The notes under the pieces were generated by a model that saw nothing but the letters and a program-made list of their open reading frames with translations, was not told where the DNA came from and ran no database searches. From an uncultured Methanoregulaceae archaeon (GTDB taxonomy: Archaea; Halobacteriota; Methanomicrobia; Methanomicrobiales; Methanospirillaceae): a stretch of DNA of 64,000 nucleotides. Both the position numbers and the translations under genes were made by a program. Shown piece after piece: positions 19,462 through 30,111 of the stretch (position 1 is the first letter of the stretch; the number at the start of each line of letters is the position of its first letter). The stretch is taken from the NCBI GenBank assembly GCA_963717525.1, contig OY970343.1, forward strand, positions 1,536,001-1,600,000. Reading direction: 5' to 3'.

Positions 19462-20046
19462 TCAGACATCGAGGGCATCGAATCCCTGTTTTAACACCTT
19501 CCCAAACTGGACTCTGATCTTCGGGTCCTGGTTACAGACAGGACATTTATAATCTTCTGGAAGATCTTCGAACTTTGTCCCAGGCTTTATGCCATTGTGG
19601 GGTTCACCGCGTTTCTCGTCATACACGTACCCGCAGATCACACAGATGTACCGGGTGGGTACCCACTCGTCAAAACCCCATTTGCCGATCTTGCCCTTCC
19701 CCTCTAACCCGCAGACCGGGCAGACGTAGCTTTCGGGGAGGTCCTCAAAGGCTGTTCCCGCCGGGATACCGTGGTGCGGTTCCCCGCGGAGCGGCGAGTA
19801 TATGTAGCCGCAGAGCCGGCACTTGTACCGCTTCAGTTTGTAGGCCGGAATCTTTTTTGCCGGGGATTTTTTTACGGGCTTTTTCCCGGCAGCCTTTCCT
19901 TTTTTTGCCACGGTACTTTTCTTTACAACTGCAGCCTTTTTTGCTGGCACTGCCTTTTTCGAAAGTACCCGGGATTTTACCGGGCTTTTCGCCCGCTGTG
20001 CTGCTCTGGTTCCGGAAGATCCGGAAACTTTCTTTGTTCCTGGCAT
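19462..20046 (-). CDS. Tandem rubredoxin-domain protein with Lys/Ala-rich N-terminal tail
   Basis: Two CxxCGYxY...PGT.FEDLP..CPVC domains. Confidence 0.92.
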   Translation of the reverse strand: MPGTKKVSGSSGTRAAQRAKSPVKSRVLSKKAVPAKKAAVVKKSTVAKKGKAAGKKPVKKSPAKKIPAYKLKRYKCRLCGYIYSPLRGEPHHGIPAGTAFEDLPESYVCPVCGLEGKGKIGKWGFDEWVPTRYICVICGYVYDEKRGEPHNGIKPGTKFEDLPEDYKCPVCNQDPKIRVQFGKVLKQGFDALDV

Positions 20047-20252
20047 GGGTGTTCTCCGGACCGGGCGGTCCGGGCCTCCTCTTAGTCTGGCCCGGTACAC
20101 ATCCGTTCTAACGGATGATAGCCACTACAGGCTATTATATATTATGAATAATGCAAACGGATCGACAGGAATTATCAATGTGTCCCATACTCTGCACATA
20201 CCAGTCATCCCGGATCCACCTCCCGGACTAAGCCCCTAAAAGGAAAACATCC

Positions 20253-21413
20253 ATGGCACAAACGACCTCCTACCGTCGATCTCTCGGCCTCCTTGAGCTG
20301 GTAAGCCTGGGGGTCGGGGGGACAATCGGCTCCGGCATCTTTGTCGTCCCGGGCATAGCCGCGCGGCTCACCGGTGTCTGGTCGCTTGGCGCATGGCTGA
20401 TCGTCGCTGTCTCCGCATCCTGCGTTCTTTTCTCTCTTGCCTCGGTATCTGCCCGGTTCACGGACTCGGGGGGTTTCTACTCCCTCTTCGAATCTGTCTT
20501 TGGCCGGAAGATGGCAGCACCGTTGATCGTCATCTACCTCGTTTCCTCAGTCTTTGGGATCTCGACTATTGCCGCCGGGATCGGCCAGTATATCGGCTAC
20601 TTCGGGCTTTCGCAGGTACTTGTCATAGAGATCGGGATCATCGCCGGGTTCTGCTGCATCAACATCATCGGGATCTCCCTTGCAGGAAAGACCGAAACCA
20701 TCCTCACCCTTATCAAGATCGTCCCGTTGATCCTGATCGCGCTCCTTCTTCTCCCGTTTGTCAGGATGGAAAACCTTGCTCCTGCGGCCCCGCTCACCGC
20801 CGCCGGCCTGCTTGCGACGGTGATTATTGTGTACTGGCCGTTTACCGGTTTTGAGATCAGTGCCATTCCTGTCGAGGAGACCATGGATCCCCGGCTCATT
20901 AAAAAATCCCTGATCTGCGTGATGGCGATCGTCGTCTCGGTCTATCTCCTCCTCAACATCGCACTGATCGGGAGTGTCGGTTCTGCCGTACTCGCCGCGT
21001 CACCTGCCCCGGTTGCAACCGCTGCCGCGCTTGTTATAGCGGATGCAGGACCTTTCGTGGTCTGTATCGGTATTGTTGCCATGCTCTCGGCGATCAATGC
21101 GTATATTGTCGGCACGTCAAGGATCCTCCAGAACCTCTCGGCCCGGTTTCGCATCCCCCGGCTCCGCGAACTGGGTGGCCGGGGCACACCGATCTATGCG
21201 CTGATTGCCGGGTGCGGCATTGCCGCAGCACTCCTGCTCTTCTCCAACCACTTTGATGAGCTCGCAAGCATCTCCGTGATCACGACCCTGATCCCCTACC
21301 TGTTCTTCTGCATCGCCTCATGGATCCTTGTTAAGGAGACGCGGATGCGGGTGGTATCAGCGGCAGGAGCCCTTTCCACGTTCGCCATCCTGATCCTCTA
21401 TTTTTTGTTGTGA
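20253..21413 (+). CDS. APC family amino acid permease
   Basis: GGTIGSGIF, GGFY, FTGFE motifs; many TM helices. Confidence 0.93.
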   Translation: MAQTTSYRRSLGLLELVSLGVGGTIGSGIFVVPGIAARLTGVWSLGAWLIVAVSASCVLFSLASVSARFTDSGGFYSLFESVFGRKMAAPLIVIYLVSSVFGISTIAAGIGQYIGYFGLSQVLVIEIGIIAGFCCINIIGISLAGKTETILTLIKIVPLILIALLLLPFVRMENLAPAAPLTAAGLLATVIIVYWPFTGFEISAIPVEETMDPRLIKKSLICVMAIVVSVYLLLNIALIGSVGSAVLAASPAPVATAAALVIADAGPFVVCIGIVAMLSAINAYIVGTSRILQNLSARFRIPRLRELGGRGTPIYALIAGCGIAAALLLFSNHFDELASISVITTLIPYLFFCIASWILVKETRMRVVSAAGALSTFAILILYFLL

Positions 21414-21482
21414 GCCCACGGGCACGTTTGACAAAGCCCGCGAATTTATCCATCAACACCGCACATGATCTGAAGGAGAGCT

Positions 21483-22088
21483 ATGGCAGACCTCGTTTCA
21501 GGTGTAATCTATGCGTTTGCGGCGCTCTTTGTGATTCTCGATCCGATCTTATCGGTCCCGATCTTTGCAGGCATGACAAAAGGGCAGTCACCACGGGAGA
21601 TTCACAAGCAGGCATTCATCGCGGTCGCCGTCGCCGGCGTGCTGATGTATATCTTCCTCATCTTCAACACGACGATCTTTAGTATCCTTGGCCTGACGTT
21701 ATCCACCTTCCAGATCGCTGGAGGGATCCTGTTGTTCCTTCTGGGGATGCAGATGGCGCTTGGTCTGGATATCTGCAGATCCAGGGAACAGGCACCCTCG
21801 GCAGCCGGTGTTGTTATTGGTACTCCGATTCTCTGCGGCCCCGGCGCGATAACAACCGTGATGCTCCTGTCAAATGATTATGGCATCCTCATCCCGTTTA
21901 TTGCCATCACCCTCTCGCTTGCGGCGACCTGGGTAATCCTGTATTTCTCTGCAGGTATCCAGAACCTTCTCGGGACTGTCGTCACGGATATTATGGGGAG
22001 AGTGCTGGGTATGCTCGTTGCTGCCATTGCGATAAAGATCATCTTCTCCGGGATTATGGGAACACTGGGCCTCACCCTTCCTCTCTGA
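21483..22088 (+). CDS. MarC family membrane protein
   Basis: LFVILDP, FQIAGGILLF, TPILCGPGAITTVM. Confidence 0.93.
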   Translation: MADLVSGVIYAFAALFVILDPILSVPIFAGMTKGQSPREIHKQAFIAVAVAGVLMYIFLIFNTTIFSILGLTLSTFQIAGGILLFLLGMQMALGLDICRSREQAPSAAGVVIGTPILCGPGAITTVMLLSNDYGILIPFIAITLSLAATWVILYFSAGIQNLLGTVVTDIMGRVLGMLVAAIAIKIIFSGIMGTLGLTLPL

Positions 22089-22233
22089 ACCGGAGAACTT
22101 TTTTTGGATCTGGATCCCTTTTCAAAAGGTACGTTGACCACGGTGACCTTGTAATAAATGATCCTTCGGCAGGATCGACCCGGGGATGTTTGAACAGGGA
22201 TAAAAAAAAGCCGGATGGATCAGGGAATCCGGT

Positions 22234-23121
22234 TCAGCGTTTGAGCGACCAGACCTCGACCATGTGGTTGGGGTGGTACCGCACCTTGGCCTCGCGGAGG
22301 CCGGCGACACCGAGATCGCTCTCCCGGTTGATGTACTCCACTTCTTTTGCCAGCACCGCGGCGGTCTCCTTGTTGATCGCCTTGTAGATCCCTTCACAGT
22401 CCGGCAGCCCTTTCTCGAAATGGACAAGAGCCGTATCTGCATTGAGGCGCTCAAAAAGAGAGATGGCTGCGACCTGGGAATTGACCCGGATCAGAAGGCC
22501 ACGTAGCGATAGTTCGGTGAAATGCTCGATGGCAAAAAAGACCGCTTCTTTCTCGTGGGCAAGCACGAAATCGTTCTCGCACCCCTTCCACTCGCACCAC
22601 TTCACCAGGAACTCCATCACTTCCCCCCGGTTATCGGCCGTGATCGGCTCGACCGTGTGGGAGCAGTTCTTCCGGAATTTGTTGATCTGGCTGCGGATCT
22701 TGAGGTAGTTCTTTCCCGGGAGTTCCGCAAGGTCGGAGGCACGGTACACGTATTCAAAGTGGTTCCGGTCCGGGACAAGCGTGAGGGTGGAATCGAGCTC
22801 GCGTATCCACTGCGCTGTTGCCGGGTCGATGAGGACGATCGGGGTATCATCGCCTATCTCCAGCGCAAAGCGGACCAGGTCTTTCATGAGCATAGGGTCC
22901 CGGGGACCGATGGGGGGCCGGAACCGGGTCACCCCCGCAAGGGTACTGGCGAGAATGACATTCCCGTTGACGTACGCGTAACGGTACTGGGCGATCTGGT
23001 TCCAGCAGACCATATTCGTGAACGTGTTGTCGCTGTGGGACTGGGGATACAACGTATAATGGCGCTCGAAGAACGCCCGGTCGGCAAGCGTCACCGGCCG
23101 GAAATCTTCCTGCCGTAACAT
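22234..23121 (-). CDS. DUF2156 domain protein (aminoacyl-transferase-like fold)
   Basis: EYVY..LAELPGK, VHFEKG, YINRESDLGVAGLREAK..Y.P. Confidence 0.9.
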   Translation of the reverse strand: MLRQEDFRPVTLADRAFFERHYTLYPQSHSDNTFTNMVCWNQIAQYRYAYVNGNVILASTLAGVTRFRPPIGPRDPMLMKDLVRFALEIGDDTPIVLIDPATAQWIRELDSTLTLVPDRNHFEYVYRASDLAELPGKNYLKIRSQINKFRKNCSHTVEPITADNRGEVMEFLVKWCEWKGCENDFVLAHEKEAVFFAIEHFTELSLRGLLIRVNSQVAAISLFERLNADTALVHFEKGLPDCEGIYKAINKETAAVLAKEVEYINRESDLGVAGLREAKVRYHPNHMVEVWSLKR

Positions 23122-23546
23122 CAGGATTCATCCCCGTAGATCAGGGGGACATGCCCCTCCATCCGGGTAAACCCGAGCGGGCGGTAGAACTCCTCGGACC
23201 CGGGCCCGGCAATCAGGGCGATCCAGGAGATCCCTTCCTCACGGCAGCGGGAGACCAGCCGGGAGATGATTGCGGTCCCCAGGTCCCTGCCCCGGTACCC
23301 GGGGAGCACCACGAGATCCTGTATATAGGCATCCGATACCCCGTCCGAGAGCACCCGGCCCATCCCGACGGCACGGCCGCTCCTTTTTTCTGCTGCAACC
23401 ACGAACGCGAAACTCCCGCTGATAAGCGCGGGGATCTCGGCGGGATCGTATTCATCCTTCCACCAGCCGCCAGCCCGGTACAGCGCAATAATCTCTTCCG
23501 CATCCCATGAACGGACGAGCGCGATGCGGATATCCTCCGTGGTCAT
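23121..23546 (-). CDS. GNAT family N-acetyltransferase
   Basis: VGMGRVLSDG, IQDLVVLPGYRGRDLG, FYRPLGF. Confidence 0.92.
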   Translation of the reverse strand: MTTEDIRIALVRSWDAEEIIALYRAGGWWKDEYDPAEIPALISGSFAFVVAAEKRSGRAVGMGRVLSDGVSDAYIQDLVVLPGYRGRDLGTAIISRLVSRCREEGISWIALIAGPGSEEFYRPLGFTRMEGHVPLIYGDES

Positions 23547-23637
23547 CGTTCGCAAACCTCCCGGATAAAATGACGGTAAAAGAGAAGATAAAACGTATGC
23601 TGCCGGCACCCGGGTTTCGCTGTCATCAGAAGACCAG

Positions 23638-24186
23638 TTATGCCGTCTTCCCGCAAGCAGCCTGTAACTGCCCGACCGCGGTATCGACAATAGCCCCGAG
23701 CTCGTTTACCTCCCAGTGTTCCGAGTTAAGGATGAGATGGTAGATGGAGAGGTCGTTGATATCAATATCATAGTACTGCCGGTACCGCACCGCTTCGCAG
23801 TGCTCGCGTTCGAGCGTGATCGCCTTTGCTGTCCCGATATCGGCGATCTGGTCGCGAAACACGATCCGTTCGAGCCGGCAGCCAATGGGAGCAAAGAGCC
23901 AGATCCTGAGATCCGCTTTTTCCACCATCCAGCCCGATAGCCGGCCCTCGACTATGATATTGTCTTTTTTCTCCGCGATCTCTTTTTGTCGGGCATCGAT
24001 CATCTTATCGTAGGCCGGGTCTTTCTCGGCAAGCCGGCCGAATTCGGCAAGCTCCATGTGGTGCTCTTTTGCACACTGCCGGAAGACCTCGCCCGCCGAG
24101 ATCATGGTAAACCCGTGGCGTTCGGAAAGATATCGTGAGAGCGAGGTGGTCCCGCTGCCGGGAAGCCCGCTCACGGTGATCCGCAT
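23638..24186 (-). CDS. cmk: Cytidylate kinase (archaeal type)
   Basis: ITVSGLPGSGTTS P-loop, VEGRLSGW; conserved position. Confidence 0.93.
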   Translation of the reverse strand: MRITVSGLPGSGTTSLSRYLSERHGFTMISAGEVFRQCAKEHHMELAEFGRLAEKDPAYDKMIDARQKEIAEKKDNIIVEGRLSGWMVEKADLRIWLFAPIGCRLERIVFRDQIADIGTAKAITLEREHCEAVRYRQYYDIDINDLSIYHLILNSEHWEVNELGAIVDTAVGQLQAACGKTA

Positions 24187-24797
24187 CAGATCCCCCCGAT
24201 ATTGAGGGCCTTTCTTATTACCTGGCTGATCGTGATCGAACAGATCATGTACCAGACCATCCAGGCAGGGATGACCCAGATAAGGGGGGCCGTCAGGTTC
24301 AGGGTGCCGAAATACGGGAAGGTGATCGTGTTGTTGATCTCGCTTAAGCGGTAGAGGAGCCAGAAGAAGATGGGGACCGTGAGGACGAGGATATAGCCCA
24401 TGGGCTTGAACTGCTGCTGGGAGAGTTCAAGCTGCTCCTTCATCATGCGATCTTTTTTCACGTCCAGTTTCTTGATCCGTTTTTCATCCTGGGAGAGCAT
24501 GGCTTCCCGGTACTCTTTCTGGAAATCCTTCATCCGGTCCTGGACATCCGTCATCCGCTCGTAATCTATCGTGTACTTCTGGATGATGGAGGAGTACAGC
24601 CCGGTCAGGGCGGAGAGGATCACGATCAGGATGAAGAAGGGGATCCCGAACTCGTTGACGAGCGGGGCAAAAACCCCGTCGATCCCTCTCCCGACATCCG
24701 TGCGCAGCCAGGGGACCGTGTAGGTCCACATCATGACAAACATGAAGAGCAACGCGACGTATAACCCGTACTTTTCCCAGAATTTTCCAAAATCCAT
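24186..24797 (-). CDS. DUF106 / EMC3-TMCO1 (Oxa1 superfamily) membrane protein
   Basis: TM, coiled coil, QFKPM, WYMICS; conserved after adk. Confidence 0.9.
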   Translation of the reverse strand: MDFGKFWEKYGLYVALLFMFVMMWTYTVPWLRTDVGRGIDGVFAPLVNEFGIPFFILIVILSALTGLYSSIIQKYTIDYERMTDVQDRMKDFQKEYREAMLSQDEKRIKKLDVKKDRMMKEQLELSQQQFKPMGYILVLTVPIFFWLLYRLSEINNTITFPYFGTLNLTAPLIWVIPAWMVWYMICSITISQVIRKALNIGGI

Positions 24798-24816
24798 GAA
24801 GCCACCTTACAAGGGA

Positions 24817-25389
24817 TTACCTGAGGACGTCTGCCATATCCGTCGCGGCAAGATCCAGCAGGTGATCGGCGTTGGTGATGATCCGTATAGTACATCCGGT
24901 CATCATAGCATAGGCCGCGGCGATAGACCGGTTGAACTGCTGGTGCTCGGCAATCGCCCGCGTACCTTCTTTGTCCCGGGTTCTTGTTTCGTCGGTCATG
25001 CGCCGCATGAGGATCTGGTCATTATCCGTTTCAACAAGGATTATCACGTCAGGCATGATCTCGCGGAGCACCCATTCGGGGAGCCCGGCGAGGTATCCCT
25101 TGGGGGTTTTCACCGAGGCGTGCGTGTCGATCAGAACATTACCCGGGATCCGGGCAATCGCCTGCGCCGCACGCTGCTGGAGCCGTTTCTGGTCGGCCCG
25201 GTCAAGCGACCGCATCTGATCGCGGTCCTGCACAAGTCCCTCGGTTTTGGCTACTTCGAACATGAAAGAACCAAAATTGATGGGCTGGTATTCCACACCT
25301 TCGCTTTTGAGCTTGGCCAACGCCTCGTTGACAACCGTGGTCTTACCGACCCCCGGCACACCCGTGATAATGACCTTTTTTCCTGCCAT
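24817..25389 (-). CDS. adkA: Adenylate kinase (archaeal type)
   Basis: GVPGVGKTT, DTHA, GYLAGLP. Confidence 0.95.
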   Translation of the reverse strand: MAGKKVIITGVPGVGKTTVVNEALAKLKSEGVEYQPINFGSFMFEVAKTEGLVQDRDQMRSLDRADQKRLQQRAAQAIARIPGNVLIDTHASVKTPKGYLAGLPEWVLREIMPDVIILVETDNDQILMRRMTDETRTRDKEGTRAIAEHQQFNRSIAAAYAMMTGCTIRIITNADHLLDLAATDMADVLR

Positions 25390-25407
25390 TCCTGTTCCCT
25401 TCATCAA

Positions 25408-26841
25408 TCATTCTTTGCCAAAGAACGTCCGCATGAACGGGTACATCTCCATGATCTGCTGGCTGGCGATCTCCTCGTACAGCCGGTACGTGATACTCAC
25501 GGTCAGTAACAACCCCGTACCGCTTACCGCACCGATGACACCAAAGAGGTTCGCGACAACACTGAGGATACCGATGAACACCCCGCCGATGATCGTGACA
25601 CGGGGGATGTACCGGTCGAGATACTTCTCCAGTACCTGCGGATTTCTCCGGTACCCGGGGATAGACATGCCGGACATCTGGATCTGCCGTGCGACATCCT
25701 TGGAATCGAGACCTGCGGTCTTGATCCAGAAGAGCGCGAAGATTGCGCCGCCGACCACCATGAAGGTGGTATCGATGCCCATCCGGAGGAGGACTTCCCA
25801 GGGCGCGTGCCCGAGACCGTACGCCCACCACATCCAGTCGGTGGGACCGTTGATAGGCGCAAGATAGTACATCAGGCCGGACTGGGGCGTTTGGCCGCTG
25901 AATTTCCCGAGAATGGTGATGCCGACGTTCGAGAGGAACATCCCCACCATCTGGATATTGGCCTGGAGCACCCTCACAAGGATCATCGGAAGGACGCTGG
26001 CATAGATCAGTTTAACCGGGAACCGGGCCCGGGCACCCCTCACCTGTGCATGGGCAAGGGGGATCTCGATGCGGGTGGATTCCACGTACACGATGATCAG
26101 GAAGATGATGATGGTTGTCGCGAAGGCCAGAAGATTCGTACCGAAATACTGGACGAAATTCGCACCGTCAAGCACAACCGCGAACAGGCGCGGGAAGAAC
26201 CCGACCGGGTAGGGGTCGCTGACTGCAGTCCAGTTGATGAACCCGTTGACAAGCGCCTGGGAGATACCGGCGATGATGAAGAGTCCGACACCGGAACCGA
26301 TACCCCACTTGGTGACCACTTCATCCATCAAAAAGACAAGGACGCCACCGATACAGATCTGGATAAAGATCAACAGCGAGACTGCAAAGAGATTGCCGCC
26401 GAAGAACTGTGCCGCGATGGTGGGATCGGGCTGCATGAACCCCCCGATAAGGTTGGGGGCGGCCTCGATCACGATCATGACGAGAATGAGGATCTTTTGG
26501 AGACCCATGTACATGACCTGTCCGCGGGCTTCGCTGGTGTCGATATGCAGGATATCGGCACCTTTCAGGAGCTGGAGGACGATGGACGCGGTAACAATCG
26601 GCCCGATGCCGAGGTGTACGATAGAACCGCTTGCACCGGCGAGCAGGGCACGCCAGGCCATGAAAACATCCTGCGAACTGGATGCAAGCCCGAACAGCGG
26701 GATATTCGTGAGCGCAAAATACAGGATTAAGATTCCCAGTGTCCACATCAGTTTGTTCTTGAAGTGGACATGCCCCTCCGGGCTCTTGACTGCGGGCATC
26801 GCAGCAAGAAGGGGTTCCATTCGATCCAGCAGGTCTCCCAT
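25408..26841 (-). CDS. secY: Preprotein translocase subunit SecY
   Basis: LGIGPIVTASIVLQLL, KWGIGSGVGLFI, GTGLLLTV. Confidence 0.98.
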   Translation of the reverse strand: MGDLLDRMEPLLAAMPAVKSPEGHVHFKNKLMWTLGILILYFALTNIPLFGLASSSQDVFMAWRALLAGASGSIVHLGIGPIVTASIVLQLLKGADILHIDTSEARGQVMYMGLQKILILVMIVIEAAPNLIGGFMQPDPTIAAQFFGGNLFAVSLLIFIQICIGGVLVFLMDEVVTKWGIGSGVGLFIIAGISQALVNGFINWTAVSDPYPVGFFPRLFAVVLDGANFVQYFGTNLLAFATTIIIFLIIVYVESTRIEIPLAHAQVRGARARFPVKLIYASVLPMILVRVLQANIQMVGMFLSNVGITILGKFSGQTPQSGLMYYLAPINGPTDWMWWAYGLGHAPWEVLLRMGIDTTFMVVGGAIFALFWIKTAGLDSKDVARQIQMSGMSIPGYRRNPQVLEKYLDRYIPRVTIIGGVFIGILSVVANLFGVIGAVSGTGLLLTVSITYRLYEEIASQQIMEMYPFMRTFFGKE

Positions 26842-26865
26842 TATTTCACCAAAAAATCAGGTGTG

Positions 26866-27294
26866 TCAGACGACCTGCGCCTTTCCACCAGTCTTCTCGA
26901 TCTTTGCCTTTGCCTGAGCGGAGAATGCCGCTGCGGAGATGTTGAGTTTCCGGTTGACCTGGCCGCTGCCCAGCACCTTCTCGATACCGAGTTCGGCGGC
27001 GTTTATGACAACTGCATCTCCTTCCTGTCTGGCGATTCCCTGTGCAAGGAGGGAGGGCACGATCTGGTCGATAGTCCCCACATCCATTGAGGAAACGGTG
27101 ACAGCAGGGTTATGGAAGAACCCGTTCTTGCCAAAGACAGGTCCTCCCATTTCCATGTACCACTTGACAAAGTGGTGGGCATTGATGCCTGCGCGACCCC
27201 TTCCGCCGCGGTTGCCTGCACCCCGGCGGTTCTTGTGGGTTCCGCCGCCGCACGTCCGCGATCCGCGGTATTTTGAACGTTTGTTGGTTGGCAT
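26866..27294 (-). CDS. rpl15: 50S ribosomal protein uL15
   Basis: RGSRTCGGG..RGAGNRGGRG, KVLGSG. Confidence 0.96.
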   Translation of the reverse strand: MPTNKRSKYRGSRTCGGGTHKNRRGAGNRGGRGRAGINAHHFVKWYMEMGGPVFGKNGFFHNPAVTVSSMDVGTIDQIVPSLLAQGIARQEGDAVVINAAELGIEKVLGSGQVNRKLNISAAAFSAQAKAKIEKTGGKAQVV

Positions 27295-27298
27295 CTTT

Positions 27299-27760
27299 TC
27301 ACCTCATCTTATAGAGGAGAGTATTGATCTCCGGACCATAATAGCCAAGCGCTCCACCCTGTACAAATGTACGCTTGGTGGTCTTGTATCCTTTGCGCGG
27401 CGGGTGGAGCCGGAGGACCGGCTTGAGCCCCGGGATGTCCCGCAGCTTCGATTCTCCCTTCGCCAGTGCCTGTGCAAACTCGATGATGCTCGCATAGGTC
27501 GAATTGGACTTGATGTACTCGTCCGTCAGGGGATCATCACCGATGACACGTCCACGGGTCGAAAGCAGGGTTTCAAGGGTTGCTGCATCCACTTCGCCAT
27601 AGGCCACATAATCCTTTACCTTACGGATCATCCCGAGATTCTCGGGAGTGTCTGCCACGAGCACGCAGTGGTTGACGTGGTGCAGACGAAGCATCTTTAA
27701 GGTGTCTTTGATGTCCTTGCGTGTATTGACCACGCCGCGGACCTGCACGACTGCGTACAT
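27299..27760 (-). CDS. rpl30: 50S ribosomal protein uL30
   Basis: [16 protein letters not shown]. Confidence 0.96.
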   Translation of the reverse strand: MYAVVQVRGVVNTRKDIKDTLKMLRLHHVNHCVLVADTPENLGMIRKVKDYVAYGEVDAATLETLLSTRGRVIGDDPLTDEYIKSNSTYASIIEFAQALAKGESKLRDIPGLKPVLRLHPPRKGYKTTKRTFVQGGALGYYGPEINTLLYKMR

Positions 27761-28378
27761 TTATTCCGACCCCCCGGTACGGATCATGTTGGTCTCTTTT
27801 AACGCGTTGAATGTCGCCTTTGCGAAGTTAATAGTTGTGCGTGTCTGTCCGCGCGCAAAGGTCCAGACATCCTTGATCCCGGCAAGTTCGAGCACTTTCT
27901 TGCTGATATCACCGGTGACAAGGCCAATACCCTGCGGTGCGGGCTTGAGGGTGACCCGGACGCTGCCTGCAGTCCCTACAACTTGCATCGGGATGGAGTG
28001 CATAACGTTGCACCCGCATTCCCAGCTGCCGCACCCGCGGCGCACCTTGACAAGGTTCATCTTTGCCTTGGTGATCGCTTTCTTGATTGCGTCACCGACC
28101 TGGACGTCTTTTCCCTGGCCAAAGCCGATGTACCCGTTCCGGTTGCCGACAATCACAACAGCACGGAACTGGACACGGCGGCCCGAGTCGGTCATCCTCT
28201 GCATCATGGCGATGTCGAGGACCTCATCTTCGAGGTCCGGGAGGAACATATCCACGATCTCGGGTTCCTTGATCGGTCTGCCGCTCTCAAGGACCTGATC
28301 AATGTTCTTGATCTCACCTGATGCGACCAGCTTGCCAAGACCGGTGACCGGGCGCCATTCTGCCTTTTCGTATGCCAT
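27761..28378 (-). CDS. rps5: 30S ribosomal protein uS5
   Basis: [24 protein letters not shown]. Confidence 0.97.
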   Translation of the reverse strand: MAYEKAEWRPVTGLGKLVASGEIKNIDQVLESGRPIKEPEIVDMFLPDLEDEVLDIAMMQRMTDSGRRVQFRAVVIVGNRNGYIGFGQGKDVQVGDAIKKAITKAKMNLVKVRRGCGSWECGCNVMHSIPMQVVGTAGSVRVTLKPAPQGIGLVTGDISKKVLELAGIKDVWTFARGQTRTTINFAKATFNALKETNMIRTGGSE

Positions 28379-28903
28379 TTACACCAGCTCCTTCTTTATG
28401 GCGGCTGCCACCTGCTCGACATTCTTGACGATATCGCCGGCCTTCTTGTTGTAGGCCGCGATATGTTCACCCTTGAGCCGTTCCTCGGAAGGAATGATCT
28501 CCTCGCCGTACGGGATCTCGAGGCCTGCATCGACTGCCCCTTTGAGCGCGGCAAAGACACGTGCTCCGGGGGTTGCCCGGTTGAGCCCGATATCGAGGAT
28601 CGCGCGGTTCTGTCCGGCTTTTTTTGCCTTTGCGGCAAAGAGCATTCCGGTGAGGTATGCTGCAGGTGTGTTTGCAGTTGCCCCGGTGTATCCGTATTTT
28701 TCGAGTTCGGCAGAGTTGGCCGACACAATGGTCTTGTCCCCGTCCATCTCGGCGTTGACCAGCTGGACGATAATGTGCCGGTTGGTCCTGCGTACGACCA
28801 TGCGCGGCGCATCAGCGACAACGAGCTTGGTTCTCTGGTAATAATCGGTCCTGCCTTCTCTGCGTCTGCGGAAAGCGACAAAATATCGTGGTCCGGTCGC
28901 CAT
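28379..28903 (-). CDS. rpl18: 50S ribosomal protein uL18
   Basis: [17 protein letters not shown]. Confidence 0.97.
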   Translation of the reverse strand: MATGPRYFVAFRRRREGRTDYYQRTKLVVADAPRMVVRRTNRHIIVQLVNAEMDGDKTIVSANSAELEKYGYTGATANTPAAYLTGMLFAAKAKKAGQNRAILDIGLNRATPGARVFAALKGAVDAGLEIPYGEEIIPSEERLKGEHIAAYNKKAGDIVKNVEQVAAAIKKELV

Positions 28904-28904
28904 G

Positions 28905-29358
28905 TTACTTCATCCTCCCGGCAATGATCTCCATCTGTGCTTTCATGTGCGCGACACTCCGGAACTGCCCGCCGGCTGCCTTGCGGTAGAGAACCCGGTA
29001 CAGGTGCCGGTCAATGGTAGCCTGCCTCACGGAGCGCAACGAGCGCCTTCCGGATTGCACGGATTTTCTGGATCCATGCCCGTTTACTAGGGGTCCGTGC
29101 GCCAAGGGCGCCTTTCCGTTTCCCGACACCTTTGCGGTGACCGTATGCCCGCTGCGCGGTGCGCACACGAGCCCGGCCACGGCTTACGCCTTTCTTCTGG
29201 TGGGCCTTGATCGCACCGTCGGTAATAAGACCGCGCAGGTCCTCACGGGAGATAGCGTTCTCGATGTCAGAGATACGCTCGGGATCGAACCAGACGCGGT
29301 TGACACCGCATTTTAAGATCGCTGCGGCGATGCGCTTCTGGCTGGCGACATCACTCAT
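28905..29358 (-). CDS. rpl19e: 50S ribosomal protein eL19; 1-nt insertion near 29020
   Basis: [16 protein letters not shown] joins [18 protein letters not shown] after the frameshift. Confidence 0.95.
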
Positions 29359-30103
29359 TCTTCTTCACCCCGGTTGAGGGTTTTTTCTTTGGTGTGGCTT
29401 TCTCTGCCTTGGATTTCTCCGCAGCGGCAGCCGGCTTCTTTTCAGCCTTTGCCGAAGCAGATTTCCTGGTAGGGGCCTTTGCCGCTTCCTTTGCCTTTGG
29501 CTTTGCGGCCTTTTCTTCCTTCTTTTCGGTTTCCTTTGTCGCTGGCTTGGACCTGGAGGCGGCGGCTTTCACCGGCTTTTTCCCCTCAGCGCCTTTCTTT
29601 TTAGCACCTTCTGCCTTTGAAGCGCTCTTCTTTGCCGGTGCCTTTTTTGCGGCCTCCTTTGTGTCCTTCTTCGCCTTTGCCGCTTTCTTTACCGGCTCGG
29701 CAGGAGTCTCTTCTGCGACGCGTTCCTTGATCACACGGGCGTTAAGGATCTTGAAGCCTGACGCTGCAGCATTCTCCTGGAGGGCCTTGCGCTTGCGTGC
29801 CCCGACGCCGGCTGATATCCGGATCGCCTGGGTCTTCACGTCAAGGTTTTCGAGATCTTTTTCCGTGAATACCAGCACTTCAAAGAACCCGCTGGGGTGC
29901 ATGCCGCGCACCGCAACCGGGCTGCCAAAGCCGGGCTTGGGGAGGTTTCCCTTTGCCTTCTTCTGCTCCCGCTGTTTGTTGTGCTGTCCGCGGGGCTTTC
30001 TCCATGAATCGGAGAGCTGTTTCTTCTTGCCAAACCCGTCGCGCTTGAAGACGGCACCCTTCTCTGTGCGCACACGGATCAGTCGCTTGGTTTCAGTTGT
30101 CAT
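29351..30103 (-). CDS. rpl32e: 50S ribosomal protein eL32 with long Lys/Ala-rich C-terminal extension
   Basis: SWRKPRG..NK, RGMHPSG core followed by about 125 aa of low-complexity tail. Confidence 0.95.
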   Translation of the reverse strand: MTTETKRLIRVRTEKGAVFKRDGFGKKKQLSDSWRKPRGQHNKQREQKKAKGNLPKPGFGSPVAVRGMHPSGFFEVLVFTEKDLENLDVKTQAIRISAGVGARKRKALQENAAASGFKILNARVIKERVAEETPAEPVKKAAKAKKDTKEAAKKAPAKKSASKAEGAKKKGAEGKKPVKAAASRSKPATKETEKKEEKAAKPKAKEAAKAPTRKSASAKAEKKPAAAAEKSKAEKATPKKKPSTGVKKNE

Positions 30104-30111
30104 TGTTCAGT

